Shown one piece after another: positions 1 through 13,039 of a DNA stretch of 64,000 bases. The DNA comes from Scyliorhinus canicula. Taxonomy: Eukaryota. Under the pieces are notes generated by a model. That model ran no database searches and had not been told where the DNA came from. It worked only from the letters and a program-made list of their open reading frames with translations. Each line of letters begins with the position of its first letter. Position 1 is the stretch's first letter. The translations under genes were made by a program, and so were the position numbers. The stretch covers positions 41,729,440-41,793,439 of the forward strand of contig NC_052160.1 of the NCBI RefSeq assembly GCF_902713615.1, in the 5' to 3' direction.

Positions 1-382
1 GCTTCCCCAACCCCCCAGAACTCGACAGGGCACACAGGTCGCTCAGGCCGAAACCCAAGGCGGGGGAGCAGCCGAGAGCGATCATCGCGAAGTTGCATCG
101 ATATCAGGACCGGGAGAGTGTCCTGTGATAGGCGTGACAGCACATGGGAAGGGCGTAAGATTCGAGTTTACCAAGACATTGGTGCAGATCTGGCAAAACG
201 CAGGCCAGAGTTTAACCAGGCAAAGTCGGCCCTTTACAAAATTGGCGTGTGATTTGGTATGCTGTTCCCAGCCAGGCTCTGGGTCACATACCAGAACAAA
301 GCGCACTATTTCAATAACCCGGCAGAGGCAAACAAATTCATGCAAACCAATGGCCTGGACAAGGGACAGGCGAGGCAGCGAT
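1..382 (+). mobile_element. L1-clade LINE ORF1 fragment
   Basis: Translates to ..ELDRAHRSLRPKPK..PRAIIAKLHRYQDRE.. and ..FGMLFPARLWVTY.., which are L1 ORF1-like motifs; disrupted. Confidence 0.7.
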
Positions 383-859
383 TGTGGTGATATGCATTGT
401 GGTGATATGCACAAGGGGTTAATGTAAACACACATAGACTAGATAGACACTAGAGGGAGCACCAGAGACATGACACACAGACATTCAACCAAAAGGTCAG
501 TAAGATAGGACACGACCAATGGGCAGTCACGGCACACACAGAGGTGACACTACCACAGGGGGGCATTACACCAACCCATATAAAAGGACACAGCACACAT
601 GATCTTCCTCTTTCCATTGGAGACACTCAGTGAGTACACAGGGTTGATTTGAAACACATCATACCCACCACCTGGATTGTAGCAGACTGGTTCATCAGTC
701 TGAGTAGCTATAGCAGGATTAACAGGAGAGTCAAATCCAAGTAGGAGAATCGTTAGCAGTTTAATAAATGTGTTAAAGCTATCTCCAAGCCTAAACCTTC
801 CTTTGTCAGAGTGTACATCAAGGAAGCATCTTATGCTACGTCAAGAGCATAACAAAACA
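383..859 (+). mobile_element. Solo LTR
   Basis: TG..CA ends, TATAAAA at about 579, AATAAA at about 763, exact 5-bp TSD GCGAT (378-382 / 860-864). Confidence 0.85.
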
Positions 860-1566
860 GCGATGAAGGCTGATCAGGGAAGGATCGCTAAAGAAATAGA
901 GACTCATTGGACAGTTATCATATTTGCCCGGGACTGTACTGCCTTGTTCTGATCAAAAAGACAGGGTCACAGGGGAGAGCGAGAACAGAGAAATGCAGGT
1001 GAGGGTACAGGCAGAGTAAGTGCACAGTCAGCAGGCATAAGCAAGGGGATGGACCAGCTCCCGAGGTGGGGGGGGGGGGGGGGGGGATGACAGAATGTAT
1101 GTTAAAAAGTATGTAAATAAGAAACTGTACAACATGTAAATATCAGGTGTACTATTCGTTAAATTGTTATTCCGTAAAGATTGAAAAATGCCAATAAAAA
1201 TTTACAAACAAAAACATGGGATTTTAATGCTCTCCCCTGAGGTGAGTTTGATGGCAGGAAGCATTTAATTGGGCAGGACCCCACTGTCTTCCCACCTACG
1301 CCCTGATTAAGTCCAGGACGAGAAAGCTCATGGACGGTAATTAGTGCCAACTGAAGGGCCTCATCCAGCTACCGCCGGTACTCACCCAGGATGGGCAGGG
1401 GGCTCGCAATGCGAGAAGTCTTTAAAGGAAACCCTGTTGGAGTTGCATGCAGGCTTCTAGTGGTGTCCATCTTTTAGGGGAATGCAGTGTCTAAATGAGG
1501 GGCCCCACATAAGGAGCAGCCTCTTCCCCCACCATTATTGCTGCCGTCTCCCTCCACTGTGAACCC

Positions 1567-1946
1567 TGTAGTGATCTCATATTAATATACATGATCAATG
1601 TATGTAAAACTAGAACAGTCAATTCAACACTCGATGTCTCACTACCAGATGGTATAAGAAAGACTTTCCCGCTCTTTCTGAGAGAGTGTGCTTCAGGAGA
1701 GTGAACAGACAAGACATATAATAGCGAGAGAGAGAGAAGTTATACGTTATTTCATTATTACATTGTATAGTTAGTTATCTTTACTGTATTTTATTTCTTT
1801 TACTAGTTGAATATTAAATACAAAGGACTCAAATATTATTTATATTACTCAATAAATTAGTTCATCTTTACAAGAAGACTATTGTTCATTTCATCAACTC
1901 AGCTGGTTCAAAGAATAATATATATATTATGTAAGGTAATATAACA
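1567..1946 (+). mobile_element. Probable solo LTR
   Basis: TGTAGT..ATAACA ends, TATAAG and AATAAA inside, imperfect 4-bp TSD (ACCC/ACCA). Confidence 0.55.
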
Positions 1947-2404
1947 ACCACCATCACTCATCTGTTGCTTGAGTCCCTCAGCGACCGTGGGCTCTGGTAG
2001 GTACAGTGGCTGTCACTGCTCCTGCAGAGAAGCTACCAAGTAACATCCAGCTCCCAGCCTCTGATTGCCAGCAGTTCTCAGGAGTGGGGGATCTGTGCCC
2101 TGCCGTCCTTGATCCCAGGGAAAGCAAGTCACTGCTCAGTTAAATGCCTGGTTGACTTCATTCAGCAGGCCTTCCTGAAAGCAGGATTCTCAGCAGCTCT
2201 GCAACTGGCAGACAAGACACCCACCACCTCCATTAAATACTGCCCCTAATGTGGAGCAAACTCCGTGATCAGGTGTAGTCGTTAGCTTCAGGTATGGTGA
2301 CAGGTCACACCCACCAGAAGCACAGTGACTGAGGGAGCCCCAGTGGGCAAAAATGTTGAAGACTGATTCAAAAGCCATTAGTAAAGAGCTAGGGTTTCTG
2401 ATAC

Positions 2405-2460
2405 CTGTTGTAACCACTACCGGAGAAACTGGTGTTGGTCAAACTTCTTATTACTGTTTG
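2405..2460 (-). CDS. MFSD11: MFSD11-like coding exon 2
   Basis: tcttttgcAG acceptor, 56 nt encoding QTVIRSLTNTSFSGSGYN(S) (cf. MFSD11 QTVIRSLNRTDFHGSGYTS), GTATCA donor. Not in the ORF track. The gene continues beyond the left edge of the window. Confidence 0.88.
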
Positions 2461-2744
2461 CTGCAAAAGAAGCACAATGAAATTATTTACATTTCTGGAT
2501 ATCTCAGGTACATCCCCGATAAATTACATTGAAGCATAGTCACACTGGTGCTGCACAGCCAGTTTCTCCTCCTGGCCATGGGATCTTTAACATCTATCCC
2601 AACTGTTCGATAGGACCTTGGTTTAATATTTCATCTGAAAGACAGCACTTCTGACAGATTTTTAAGAATGACAATCGCGGGAAATGTGGGAATTCATGAC
2701 AAGTAGTCTGCCATCTGTTGTCAAGAAATAGCTAGAGTCTATAT

Positions 2745-2971
2745 TTATTTTTTATAAATTTAAAGTACCCAATTTTCTTTTTCCAATTAAGGGACAACTT
2801 AGTGTGGCCAATTCACCAACACTGCACATATTTGGGTTGTGGGGGTGAGACTCACACAGACATGGGGAGAATGTGCAAACTCCACATGGACAGTGACCTG
2901 GGGCTGGGATCAAATCCGGGTTCTTGGCGCCCTGAGGCAGCAGTGCTAACCACTGTGCCACCATGCCGCCC
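2745..2971 (-). mobile_element. tRNA-derived SINE (HE1-like, poly(A)-tailed type)
   Basis: A/B-box head (GGTGGCACAGTGGTTAGCAC..GATTTGATCCC), conserved body, A-rich tail. Confidence 0.85.
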
Positions 2972-3433
2972 TGCTGGAGTCGATAATTAAGGAAAGAGTG
3001 AGTGAATATCTTGAAAGTTTGCAGCTGATCAGAGAGAACCAGGTGGATATGTAAAGGGTAGGTCCTGACTATTGAATCTGATTGAATTTAGGTGAACAGA
3101 TGACTAAAGTAGTGGGCAGGTGAATGACTATGGATGTCACTGGTATGGACTTCCCAAAGGCATTTGATAAAGTCCTTCATGAGAGACTGTTAGCTAAAGT
3201 TGAAGGAAAATTATTGACCCAGTTTAGAAACTGACTGAGCAGTAAGGCACAGAGAGTATGGATAACAGGCAGGTACTCTAATTTACAGGATGTGGACTCG
3301 TGGTATCCTGCAAGAATTGGTGTTAACAACTTAAATGATGCGATAGAAACTTCAGCTGTACAAGGCCTCTGGTGAGGACACATCTGGAGTTCTGTGAGCG
3401 GTTCTGGGCTCCACACATTAGAAGGGATATATA

Positions 3434-4161
3434 GGGCGCGATTCTCCGCAAATGCGGAGAGTCGTAAAGGCGGCCGTGAAACCAGCCGTGTTTCACGGCA
3501 GCCTCCGCGCCCCCTCCCGGGATCCGATTCACCCCCCCGGTCGGGGCTAGCATCGCGGCCCAGGGAAGACCGGCAGCGCGGGCTTAGCGAACGTTCGCTA
3601 AGCCCGGCCGCCAAGACTCACGGCGGCTGACGCGCACGATGACGTCAGCCGCGCATGCGCGGGTTGGACGGCTCCAACCCGCGCATGCGCGGATGACGTC
3701 ATCGCGCATATGTGTCAAACCCGCGCATGCACGATCTGTCATGCCCCTCAGCCGCCCCGCAGACTGATCCTGCGGGGTGGCGGAGGGACAAAGAGTGCGC
3801 GAGAATCGGACCCGCTGCCCGCGATCGGTGCCCACCGATCGCGGGCCCATGCCACCCTTGGTACGGCCGTGGTGCGGCCGTGCCAATCGGTGGCATGGTT
3901 GTGCAGAACGGCACTTTGCGGCCATTTTCACGAATGGTGAGAGCAGGTGTGTTTAAATTTGTGAAAACGGCCGTAAAGGCCTGGGAAATCGGCCCATCGG
4001 ATAGGGAAGAATCGCTGCTCACCGTTTTTTTATGGCGAGCAGCGATTCGTGTCGTGGGGCGGCCGTGGGGGGGGGTGGAGAATAGCGGGAGGTCGGGAAA
4101 AATGTCGGGAAGGCCCTCCCGCTATTCTCCGACCTGTCGTGGGGGGCGGAGAATCACACCC
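3434..4161. mobile_element. GC-rich MITE (PIF/Harbinger-like, non-autonomous)
   Basis: TIRs GGGCGCGATTCTCCGC / GCGGAGAATCACACCC, 3-bp flanks ATA/ACA, central hairpin, no transposase ORF; splits the CR1 copy. Confidence 0.8.
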
Positions 4162-4422
4162 ACAGGCTTTGGAGGGAATGTAGTGTAAATGTATTAGAAT
4201 GATACTTAAGCTATAAAGAATGATGAAACAAACTAGCATGGTTTTCCCTGGCATTTGGTAGGCTAGGGGGTGATTAACCAAATGTTTTAAGATATAAAGG
4301 GTAATAAATAGAGTAGGTTTGGAGAAATTATTTCTGCTGGTTGGAGAGTCTAGGGCTAGAGCACATAGTCTAACAATTTGAACCAGATCTTTCCATGGTA
4401 CACTTTTTCGCTCCAAGAATAG

Positions 4423-4775
4423 AACATAGAACATAGAACAGTACAGCACAGAACAGGCCCTTCGGCCCTCAATGTTGTGCCGAGCCATGATCACCCTACT
4501 CAAACCCACGTATACACCCTATACCGTAACCCAACAACCCCCCCCCCCCCTTAACCTTACTTTTATTAGGACACTACGGGCAATTTAGCATGGCCAATCC
4601 ACCTAACCCGCACATCTTTGGACTGTGGGAGGAAACCGGAGCACCCGGAGGAAACCCACGCACACAGGGGGAGGACGTGCAGACTCCACACAGATAGTGA
4701 CCCAGCCGGGAATCGAACCTGGGACCCTGGAGCTGTGAAGCATTTATGCTAACCACCATGCTACCCTGCTGCCCC
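4423..4775 (-). mobile_element. tRNA-derived SINE with CR1-like (TTCTATG)n tail
   Basis: tRNA head at 4700-4775; (CATAGAA)n repeat at the left end. Confidence 0.85.
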
Positions 4776-6287
4776 TAATGGAAGAAGTTTGGAGCCCTCT
4801 TCTGCAAACAGCAATTGATGTTAGATTAGTTGTTAACTTTGAGACCATGTTTGATGGACTTTTGTTAGCTAAAACTATCGTGGGATATGGGGCAAAGGCG
4901 TATGGAATTCAGTCGCTGATCAGCAATGAGCTTTTGAATGATGGAACCGGCTCAAGGGACTAACTAGCCTACTCCTGTTCCTGTGATTCGAACTTATGCC
5001 CTGACTCAGAGACGAGAATAGTATCCACTAAGTTAGACTGACCTATTTACTTTCCATAGTTCTAACATTCATACTGTTCTTCTGTGTGACTGTTTCAAAT
5101 TAAGCCAATGATTTTACTGAATGGCGAAGCAAACTCGAGGGGTTAAAAGGCCTACTTCTGTTCTAGTACTGTACAAATCTTAATTTATGTCCTCTTGTCA
5201 TCGACCAGTGGAATTAATGTTTCAGTACATACTCTACACTCTCCCAGAATACGGAATGCTTTTTAGACCTTCACTTAACCTTCTCTGCTCTGAATACAGG
5301 CTTATATTTTCAGTTCTAATTGTAACTCTTAACTTCTCATCCCTGGTGTCATTCTGGTGAACGAACCTGTGCCGCAGTTTTCACACAGAGAAAGAAAGAG
5401 AGAAAAAGAGAGCACAAGAAAGACTAAACATGTCTACAAGTAAAGGAATAATAAATCTGTCTCTTTCGGCTAAAGTTGGAGATCTCTGTGCTAACAGAGA
5501 AGAGACTTGAGTTCCTGGAATAATCTATGTTGGAGGGGGAGGGCGGTTTATTGAGGTTTTTAAATTTATGAAGAGATCTGAACACAGGGCTTTAGAGAGA
5601 GAGCTGAGCAATAGTATTTTTTTAGATTGCTTGAGCAAGGAGCCAGCACATATGACTGGCATGCTCTGTGCTGTAAACATATTATGACTCTGAACTGTGT
5701 CCTGTGACTACAGTTCAAATTATGTCACAATCATGGGTTGCTACCGAGAGATACTGTTATTTGAAGAAGAGTTTCTGTTTCTGCCCCAGTCAAGGAGTCA
5801 TATGTTGTGAATTGATGGGTAAATAGCAACAGCAGCCAATTATTTCAGTTTCTGCTGCAAGGTCTACGATTTTCTCCTCTCTTCTCCAGCTGGCCCCTTG
5901 CCATCACTCCTCCAATAGTTCACCCAAGCGGCCATCCCTTACAAGAGAGTGAGAGAGTTAAAGAAGACTCTTTAACTGTGGTGGGAATCACATCCAAGCC
6001 CAATTTACTCCTTCCCCACTTAGAATAACATTAGGAATGCCCCTGTCCTCACCTTCCACGCTATCAATCTCCATGTTTAATGGATCATCCTTTGGCATTT
6101 CTGTCAGCTCCATAATGATGCCAACACCAAACACATAACCCCCAGCCTTCCAAAGGACTCATTCCTCAGGGTCACTCCTCAAATGCCCCAACATCCCCTT
6201 GCCACAAAGGCAAGCACTGGAGAGGCAACACCTGTCCTTTTACCTCATTAGTTCTCACCATTCAAGGTCCCTGACATACCTTCCAGG

Positions 6288-6512
6288 ATTTTTTTATTTA
6301 TTTAGAGGACCCAATTAATTTTTTCCAATTAAAGGACAACTTAGCGTGGCCAATCCACCTATCCTGCACATCTTTGGGTTGTGGGGGTGAAACCCATGCA
6401 AACACAGGGAGAATGTGCAAACACCACATGGACAGTGACACAGAGCCGGGATCGAACCTGGGACCTCGGTGCCGTGAGGCAGCAATGCTAACCACTGTGC
6501 CACAGTGTTGTC
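6288..6512 (-). mobile_element. tRNA-derived SINE, poly(A) type, with TSD
   Basis: 13-bp TSD CATACCTTCCAGG at 6275-6287 and 6513-6525. Confidence 0.9.
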
Positions 6513-6796
6513 CATACCTTCCAGGTTAAGCAGAGATTATTTACAATTCTTTCCATTTACTCACTATATTCACTATATTTGGAATGAAAAAAGATGGAGG
6601 AGAAAGGTCACAATCTAAAGTTGCTGAACTCAATGCTAAATCCAGAAGGCTGTCAGGTGCCTAATTGGAAGATGAGGTGCTACTCCTCCGGTTTGCGTTG
6701 GTATTCACCGGAACACTACATGAGAGCAGGCTTGTGAGCTGTCAACAGGGAGGTAAGGGTCATGCTTCGGACTGAGCGATGATGTTCCACAAAGTG

Positions 6797-6978
6797 GAAT
6801 TTAGTCTCACTCGGCTAATTCGCTGGCTTTTAAAGCAGACCAAGCAGGCCAGCAGCACGGTTCGATTCCCGTACCAGCCTCCCCGGACAGGCGCCGGAAT
6901 GTGGCGACTAGGGGCTTTTCACAGTAACTTCATTGAAGCCTACTCGTGACAATAAGCTATTTTCATTTTTTCATTTTC
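6797..6978 (+). mobile_element. Second short tRNA-derived SINE family (related copy at about 7950-8147)
   Basis: GGTTCGATTCCC B box, ..AATGTGGCGACTAGG..AAGCCTACTCGTGACAATAA tail and short tandem 3' repeats. Confidence 0.75.
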
Positions 6979-7436
6979 AATGTAGAGGAGACCACATTGG
7001 GAGCAGTACAATAGACCAAATTGAAAGAGGTCACTGAGTTGAATAATTTCAGATTACAAACTCTGCCCCTTGTTTTTTGGATGGCAACTGTTGATTGTAA
7101 TTCTGCTTTCCTCATTTATACACAATTCAGTCAGATCTTTTGTTTCACTATTGATGCCATTAGCCTTGTACCATCCCTTTTCGTTCTTTAATATCTTCTG
7201 CCTTTAATCTTATCACATAAAGTTTCTTCTTTTCCTCCCCTCCACCTAATTGTTTATAAACTATTCTCAAATCTGAGGAAGGTTCGCCGACCTGAGAGAT
7301 GGTTAACTCTGTTTCCCCTTCCACAGATGCTGCCAGACGTACGGAGTATTTCTGACTTTGCTGTTGTAATAGACTTTAAACCTGATCATGTGTACTGGCA
7401 GCGGTTATACTTCATAGAAACAGAGTTAAAACTTAC

Positions 7437-7526
7437 CTCAATGTTCCCGCAGGTTGTGAAGGCGGTGAAGATGAGCATGAAGCCCACACCTAGGAGGTAA
7501 ACATTGATCACCCTGCGATCACCCAT
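7437..7526 (-). CDS. MFSD11: UNC93-like MFS transporter (MFSD11-like), coding exon 1
   Basis: Encodes MGDRRVINVYLLGVGFMLIFTAFTTCGNIE, resembling the MFSD11 N-terminus (..LGVAFMFMFTAFQTCGNV). 90 nt, phase 0, followed by a GTAAGT donor. Could be a paralog rather than the ortholog. Confidence 0.85.
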
Positions 7527-7569
7527 TGACACACTGACCGCCCGCAGCTGCAGCTGGAGGGATAGACGA

Positions 7570-7770
7570 CAAGGGGGCGGGGTTCCGACTGTCACTCAGA
7601 AAGGGGCGGAGCTCAGGCTGTCAATCAGACGGGGCGGGGCTCTGGCTGTCAATCAGACGATGGGGCGGAGTCATTACTGTCAATCAGAACAGGGGGCGGG
7701 GCTCTGTTGTCCTATATATTTTGTGGGGGCTGATAACGCAAGAAGCGTGCAGACTGTTGTCACTCACTTA
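7570..7770 (-). promoter_or_regulatory. MFSD11-like promoter: tandem GC-box / CTGTCA(A/C)TCA units
   Basis: Five GGGGCGG(G/A) boxes alternate with four CTGTCA(A/C)TCA decamers, starting about 45 nt upstream of the ATG at 7526. Confidence 0.7.
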
Positions 7771-7889
7771 CACTGACAACAAAGCCTCTCTGATTCCTGC
7801 AGCCATGTGCATCTGCATCCTTGCTGAAATATGAGCATTAGGCAGCCACCAGGACCTCACAGCTCACGGCTCCATGTATGAGCCTAGCC

Positions 7890-10770
7890 ATATAGAAACA
7901 TAGAAAATAGAAGCAGGAGCCATTCGTTCTGATCATGGCTGACCATCAAGTGGCGGCTCAGCTCAATAGGCTAGACAGCTGGTTTGTCATGCAGAACAAG
8001 GCCAGCAGCGCACGATGCAATTCCTGTACCAGCTGAGAGAATTCTGAATTCTCCCTCTCTGTACCCGAACAGGCGCCATAATGTGGCGACTAGGCACATT
8101 GCAGTGTTAATGTAAGCCTACTTGTGACATTAAAGATTATTATTATAGTTGAATACCCTGATCCCACTTCCCCCCCCCCCCCCTCTCCCCGGTAGCCCTT
8201 TAGCCCCAGGAGCTATATTTAATTCATGAAATTACACGTTTTGGCCTCAACTATTTTCTGTGGTAGCGAATTCCACAAATTCATCACTCTCTGGAGGAAG
8301 AGATTTCTCCTCACCTCAGTCCTAAAAGGTTTACACCATCGGGAACATTCTTTCTGAATGTACCCTGTCTAATCCTGTTCAAATTTTGTAAGTTTCTGTG
8401 AGATCCCCTCTCACTCTTCTGAACTCCAATGAATATAATCCTAACCGACAGTCATATGACAGTTCTGCCATCCCAGGAATCCGCCTGGTAAACCTTTGCT
8501 GCACTCCCTCCATAGCGAAAACATCCTTCCTCAGGTAAGGACACCAAAACTGCACGCAATGCTCCAGATGTGGCCTCAGCAATGCCCTATAGGAAAACTT
8601 CTCTATTCCTATACTCAAATCCTCTTGCTATGAAGGCCACATACATTTGCCTTCTTTACTGGCTGCTGTACCTGTCCACTTACTTTCAGCAACTGATGCA
8701 CGAGGACACCAAGGTCTCGCTGAGTATCCACGTCTCTCAATTTACACCCATTCAAATAATAATCTACGTTCTTATTTTTACTCCCAAAATGGATAACCTC
8801 ACATTTATCCATATTATACTGCATCTACCATGCATGTGCCCACACGCTCACCCTGTCCAAATTCCGCTGGAGAATCTATGCGTCCTCCTCACAGCTCACC
8901 CTTCCACCCAACTTTGTATCATCTGCAAATCTGTAGATAGTGCATTTAGTTAGCTCATCCAAATCATTAAGATATAATGTGAACAGTTGAGGTTCTAGCA
9001 CAGATCCCTGTGGTGTCCCACTAGTCACTGCCTGCCAATCAGAAAAAGACCCGTTCATTCCAACTTCTTGCTTCCTGTCTGCGAACCAACTTTCTATTCA
9101 TCTCAAGACACTACCCATAATTCCATGCATTTTAACTTTACATATTAATCTGCTATGTGAGACCTTGTTGAAAGCCTCCTGAAAGTCTAATTAAACCACA
9201 TCCACCAGGTCTCCCTGGTCAACTCTACTAGTTACATCTTCATAGAATTCCAGTAGATTTGTCAAGCATGATTTTCCTTTCGTCAATCCATGTTGACTTT
9301 GTCTGATTTCACATTGCTTTCCAAATGCTGCACTATGAAATCCTTGATGATGCAACTTCCCCACTACCGACATTAGGCTCACTGGTTTGTAGTTCCCTGT
9401 TTTCTCTCTACCTCCCTTTTTGAATCGTGGGATTACATTTGCTACCATCCAATCTGGAGGAACCATTCCAGAGACCAAAGAATTTTGGAAAATGACCACC
9501 AATAGATCTACTATTTCTCGGGCCACTTCTTTAAGTACTCTGGGATGAAGATTATCAGGCTCTGAAGATTTGGCTGCCTTCAATCCCATTCGGACGGCAT
9601 GGTGGTACAGTGGTTGGCACTGCTGCCACAGCTCAAGGGACCCGTGTTCAATTGCGGCCTTGGGTGACTGTGTGGAGTTTGCACTTCTCCCCGTGTCTGC
9701 GTGGGTTTCCTCCGGGTGCTCCGGTTTCCTCCCACAGTCCAAAGATGTGCAAGTTTGGTGGATTGGCCATGCTAAATTGCCCCTCATTATCCAAAATGTT
9801 AGGTGGGGCCGGTGCAGACTCGATGGGCCGAATGGCCTCCTTCTGCATTGTAAATTCTATGATTCATGATCTCCCTGCCTGCTCTCCCTCTGAGCCTTAC
9901 TGGCCCTATTCTCTAGTTCCCCCTCAGTTATTTCACCTTCTGACCTATTGCTCCTGTTCCCACCCCTCCTGCCACACTAGTTTAAACTCTCCCTTGTGAC
10001 GCTAGCAAACATTGCTTGATTTCTCTGCCTATCACTTTTCTTAGTCTCCTTTCTGTCTTTTTCTCTTATTTTTAACCCACCTGCTTTGAATCCTTCCATA
10101 GATTCCCACAACCCTGCCATATTAGTTTAAACCCTCCCCAGCCCATCCAGTTTGTACAGGTCCCACCTCCCCCAGGTGTACCCTGATGTTTACCCCTCCC
10201 CTCCAGAATGTCCTGCAACTGCTCAGAGACATCCTTGACCCTAGCACCAGAGAGACACAATGCCATCCTGGAGTCTTGTTTGCGGCCACAGAAACGCCTA
10301 TCTATTCCCCTAGAACTATTGCATTCCCACACTTTTTACTCCTCCCCCCTGCAGCAGAACCAACCGAGGTGCAATGAATTTGGCTGTTGCTGCTTTCCCC
10401 TGAGAGGTCAGTCCCCTCAACAGAATCCAAAATGGTATATCTGTTTTGCAGGAGAATGGCCACAGGAGATTCCTGCACTGCCTGCCTAACTCTCTTGCTC
10501 TGCCTGGTGGTCACTCACTCCCTTCCTGCCTGTGGAGTCTCAGCCTGCAGTGTGACCATCTCTCTTTACGTGCTATCCATGACACTCTCTGACTCACGGA
10601 TGCTCCACAGTGTCCTCAGCCATCACTCCAGCTCTGAAACCTGGGCTTCCAGGTGCTATGGCTGGAGACACTCCCTTCACATGGGAAGGCCCCGGGCACT
10701 GGAAATATTTCCTGCCCCTCACATGGAGCAAACCAAGGTTTTGAGTTCTCCTGCCATGACTTACCCTTTT
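7890..10770 (-). mobile_element. CR1 LINE with ORF1 esterase remnant and RT; internally deleted; SINE at 9590-9868
   Basis: RT motifs KSCLTNLLEF, PQGSVL.P, FADDTKLGG, LEHCVQFW; ORF1 SGNH-like GIDRRFCG..CLSGARVKDV. Confidence 0.85.
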
Positions 10771-11286
10771 AGATTAAAGCTTTGGATGATGACACAGTAT
10801 TCAAATGTGAGAATTTGAGCTAAAGGGGAAAAGTGCAGTCTGCAGGCCATCAACTAGTGGGAAGGATGTAGTGGGACACATTTTCAAGGAAATTACAGAC
10901 GAGTGCAAAAAACAAACAGTAGTTATAATGAGGGACTTTAATTATCCAAATATAGTCTGGGATGGCCAAGAGTTCCGAGAGTGGGTTCAGGAAAGTTTTC
11001 GTCAGCAGTATGTGTCCTGTCTAAGAGAGAGGAGGCACTGCTGGACCTGGTTCTTGGAAATGCAGTGGGCCAAGTAGATCAAGTGCCAGTCATAGAACAT
11101 TGTGAAAAGGACAAAGAACAACCCAGAGTGAGAAAAATTGCATGGAGGAAAGCCAATTTCAATGGGGTAAGAACAGATCTGGGCCAAATAAATTGGAGTC
11201 AAAGACAGGCAAGATAAACAGTCGCTGAACAATGGGCTCCCTCAAAGAAGAAATAATTTGGGCACAGTCAAGGTACATTCCCTTGC

Positions 11287-12068
11287 TGTCCCTTCTAAAC
11301 CGCAGTGTGTATTTAACCTGTATACTATGGAAAAATGATCACACAAGTTGCTTAATACAATAATTGTTTATTAACAAACACACAAGGTTAATATTAATCA
11401 ATCACACGCACATGCAAGTTGAACTCTAAACTAATACACTAAATGACCTTAACTTAAGTGCCAGGTGACTGGAAAGTACAGTGCAGATAAAGCCTTATCT
11501 GTAACCTTGTAGTCTGGCAGTGCTGGACGTCTGTTGCTGGTCGTCTGTGTCCTCGGCTCTGGTCCCTCTGTGGATGGCGTGGATGGTCTTCTTCTTGGCT
11601 GATGAAGGATTCCCCATTGTTGTTGGCTGTCGAAAGCTGCAGTCATGAGAGCGAGTGGTGGGCTGCACAGCACTTTTTATCCCTGGGATTTTCACGTGCT
11701 TTTGGACGGTCCCAGGTGAAGATCCAATGGATCGATCAGGTCTCGATCACCCTGATCGATCTTAGCCAATTGGGGGTGGACACCTTGATGACTGGGCGGG
11801 TCCCGGTTGGCCATGGTTGTTAGTGTCCAAGGCATGTAGGCCTTCCCAAATAAGGAAAGCAGGCGCCACTGGGTATGCCACTTATTGTCAGTTTGTACCT
11901 GGAGTGCATTGTCCTGGGATGGCCTTTTAATGGCCTTTTTCCGATGTTAGTTTCTGCATAAGTCTGAGCTGCAGCCTTTTGTATATTTGCAGGCTGCAGC
12001 CTATCTGTGCTCAGGCTTGGCCAGATTTCCCAACGATCTCTGTGGGCAGCAATTTTAGGTGACCACAC
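11287..12068 (-). mobile_element. Probable solo LTR
   Basis: TGT..ACCACA ends, interrupts the CR1 reading, non-coding; no clean TSD seen. Confidence 0.5.
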
Positions 12069-13039
12069 GCTCAGAAGGAAAAGGTAGAGCAAACTAATCC
12101 AGAGCTCCCTTGATGAGAAGGGAGATAGAAATTAATGAGAGATGTCAGGTAGAAACAACAATTGAGAAACAGGCTGAATATATAATGTTCAGAGGGGAGG
12201 TGAAGAAGCAAATAAGAGAAGCAAAGAGGGAGCATGAGAAGCGACTGGCAGTTAACATTAAAGGAAATACCAAAGTCTTCGAAAGACATATAAATAATTA
12301 AAAAAAGATAAAAGGAGCAAGGAAGGACCAAAAAGGAAATTTACACATGGAAGCAGAGGGCATAGCTGGCATGTTAAATTACTATTTTGTATGTGTCTTT
12401 ACCAAGGAAGGAGATGCTACCCAGGCCATGGTAAAAGAGGAGGTAATTCAGACACTTGAAGGGTTTAAAATTGAAAAGGGGGATGTATTGGTTAGCCTGC
12501 TTGTACTTAAAGTTGATATCCGGGACCGGATGAGATGTGCCAAAGGATACTGCGAGAAGTGTAAATTGCAGAGGCACGGGCCACAATATTTCAATTTTCT
12601 TGGTGGTATCAGAGGATTGGAGAATTGCAAACGGTACACCCTGATTCAAAAATTGTGTAAGGATAAGCCCAACAATTACGGCTGTTGGAACCAACAATTC
12701 TACTGACACGTGCTTGTAGGATTAGAATAGCGGTTTTAATATACTTACAACAGAGCCAGCCTGTTCGCCATTGAACTTTCGGTGAACTGGCCGGCTGACC
12801 CTGCGGCACTGATCTTTATACAGCAGCTCCCAGGGAAGGAGTCCTGGGCGGAGCCAAGGGAGAAGCCCAGTACAACTCTCGAGCATTCCCAGAGCTACTC
12901 CCCCTGGTGGTCAGGTAGTGCAACTGCACTTACAATATAGACACATGTATATACAGATTATAATCCGGTGCGAATCACATTCACCACATTCACCCCCTGT
13001 GAAAAAAATTGAGTCCAGCGGGGGTGGTGGCTCACAGAG

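Larger units (their letters stand above)
2975..4985 (+). mobile_element. Degraded CR1 LINE (RT + 3' end), interrupted by a MITE and a SINE
   Basis: CR1-type remnants (DF.KAFDKV, LVRTHLEFC..FWAPH) and a CR1-like 3' tail. Confidence 0.7.
6000..7380. mobile_element. Degraded Penelope-like fragments in both orientations, with inserted SINEs
   Basis: Similar to the 27655-30370 element (PLVLTFH, F.VKQ.F, LIF.LG.LQP.G motifs); decayed pLTR-like end at 7265-7370. Confidence 0.6.

Noticed and set aside
1216-2247. Old MITE surrounding the solo LTR at 1567-1946
   Set aside because: Only weak terminal complementarity (GGGATTTTAATG / CATTAAATACTGCCC); too degraded to call.
7386-7595. 69-aa ORF as a whole protein
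   Set aside because: Only 7526-7437 is exon; the remainder is leader/promoter and intron.
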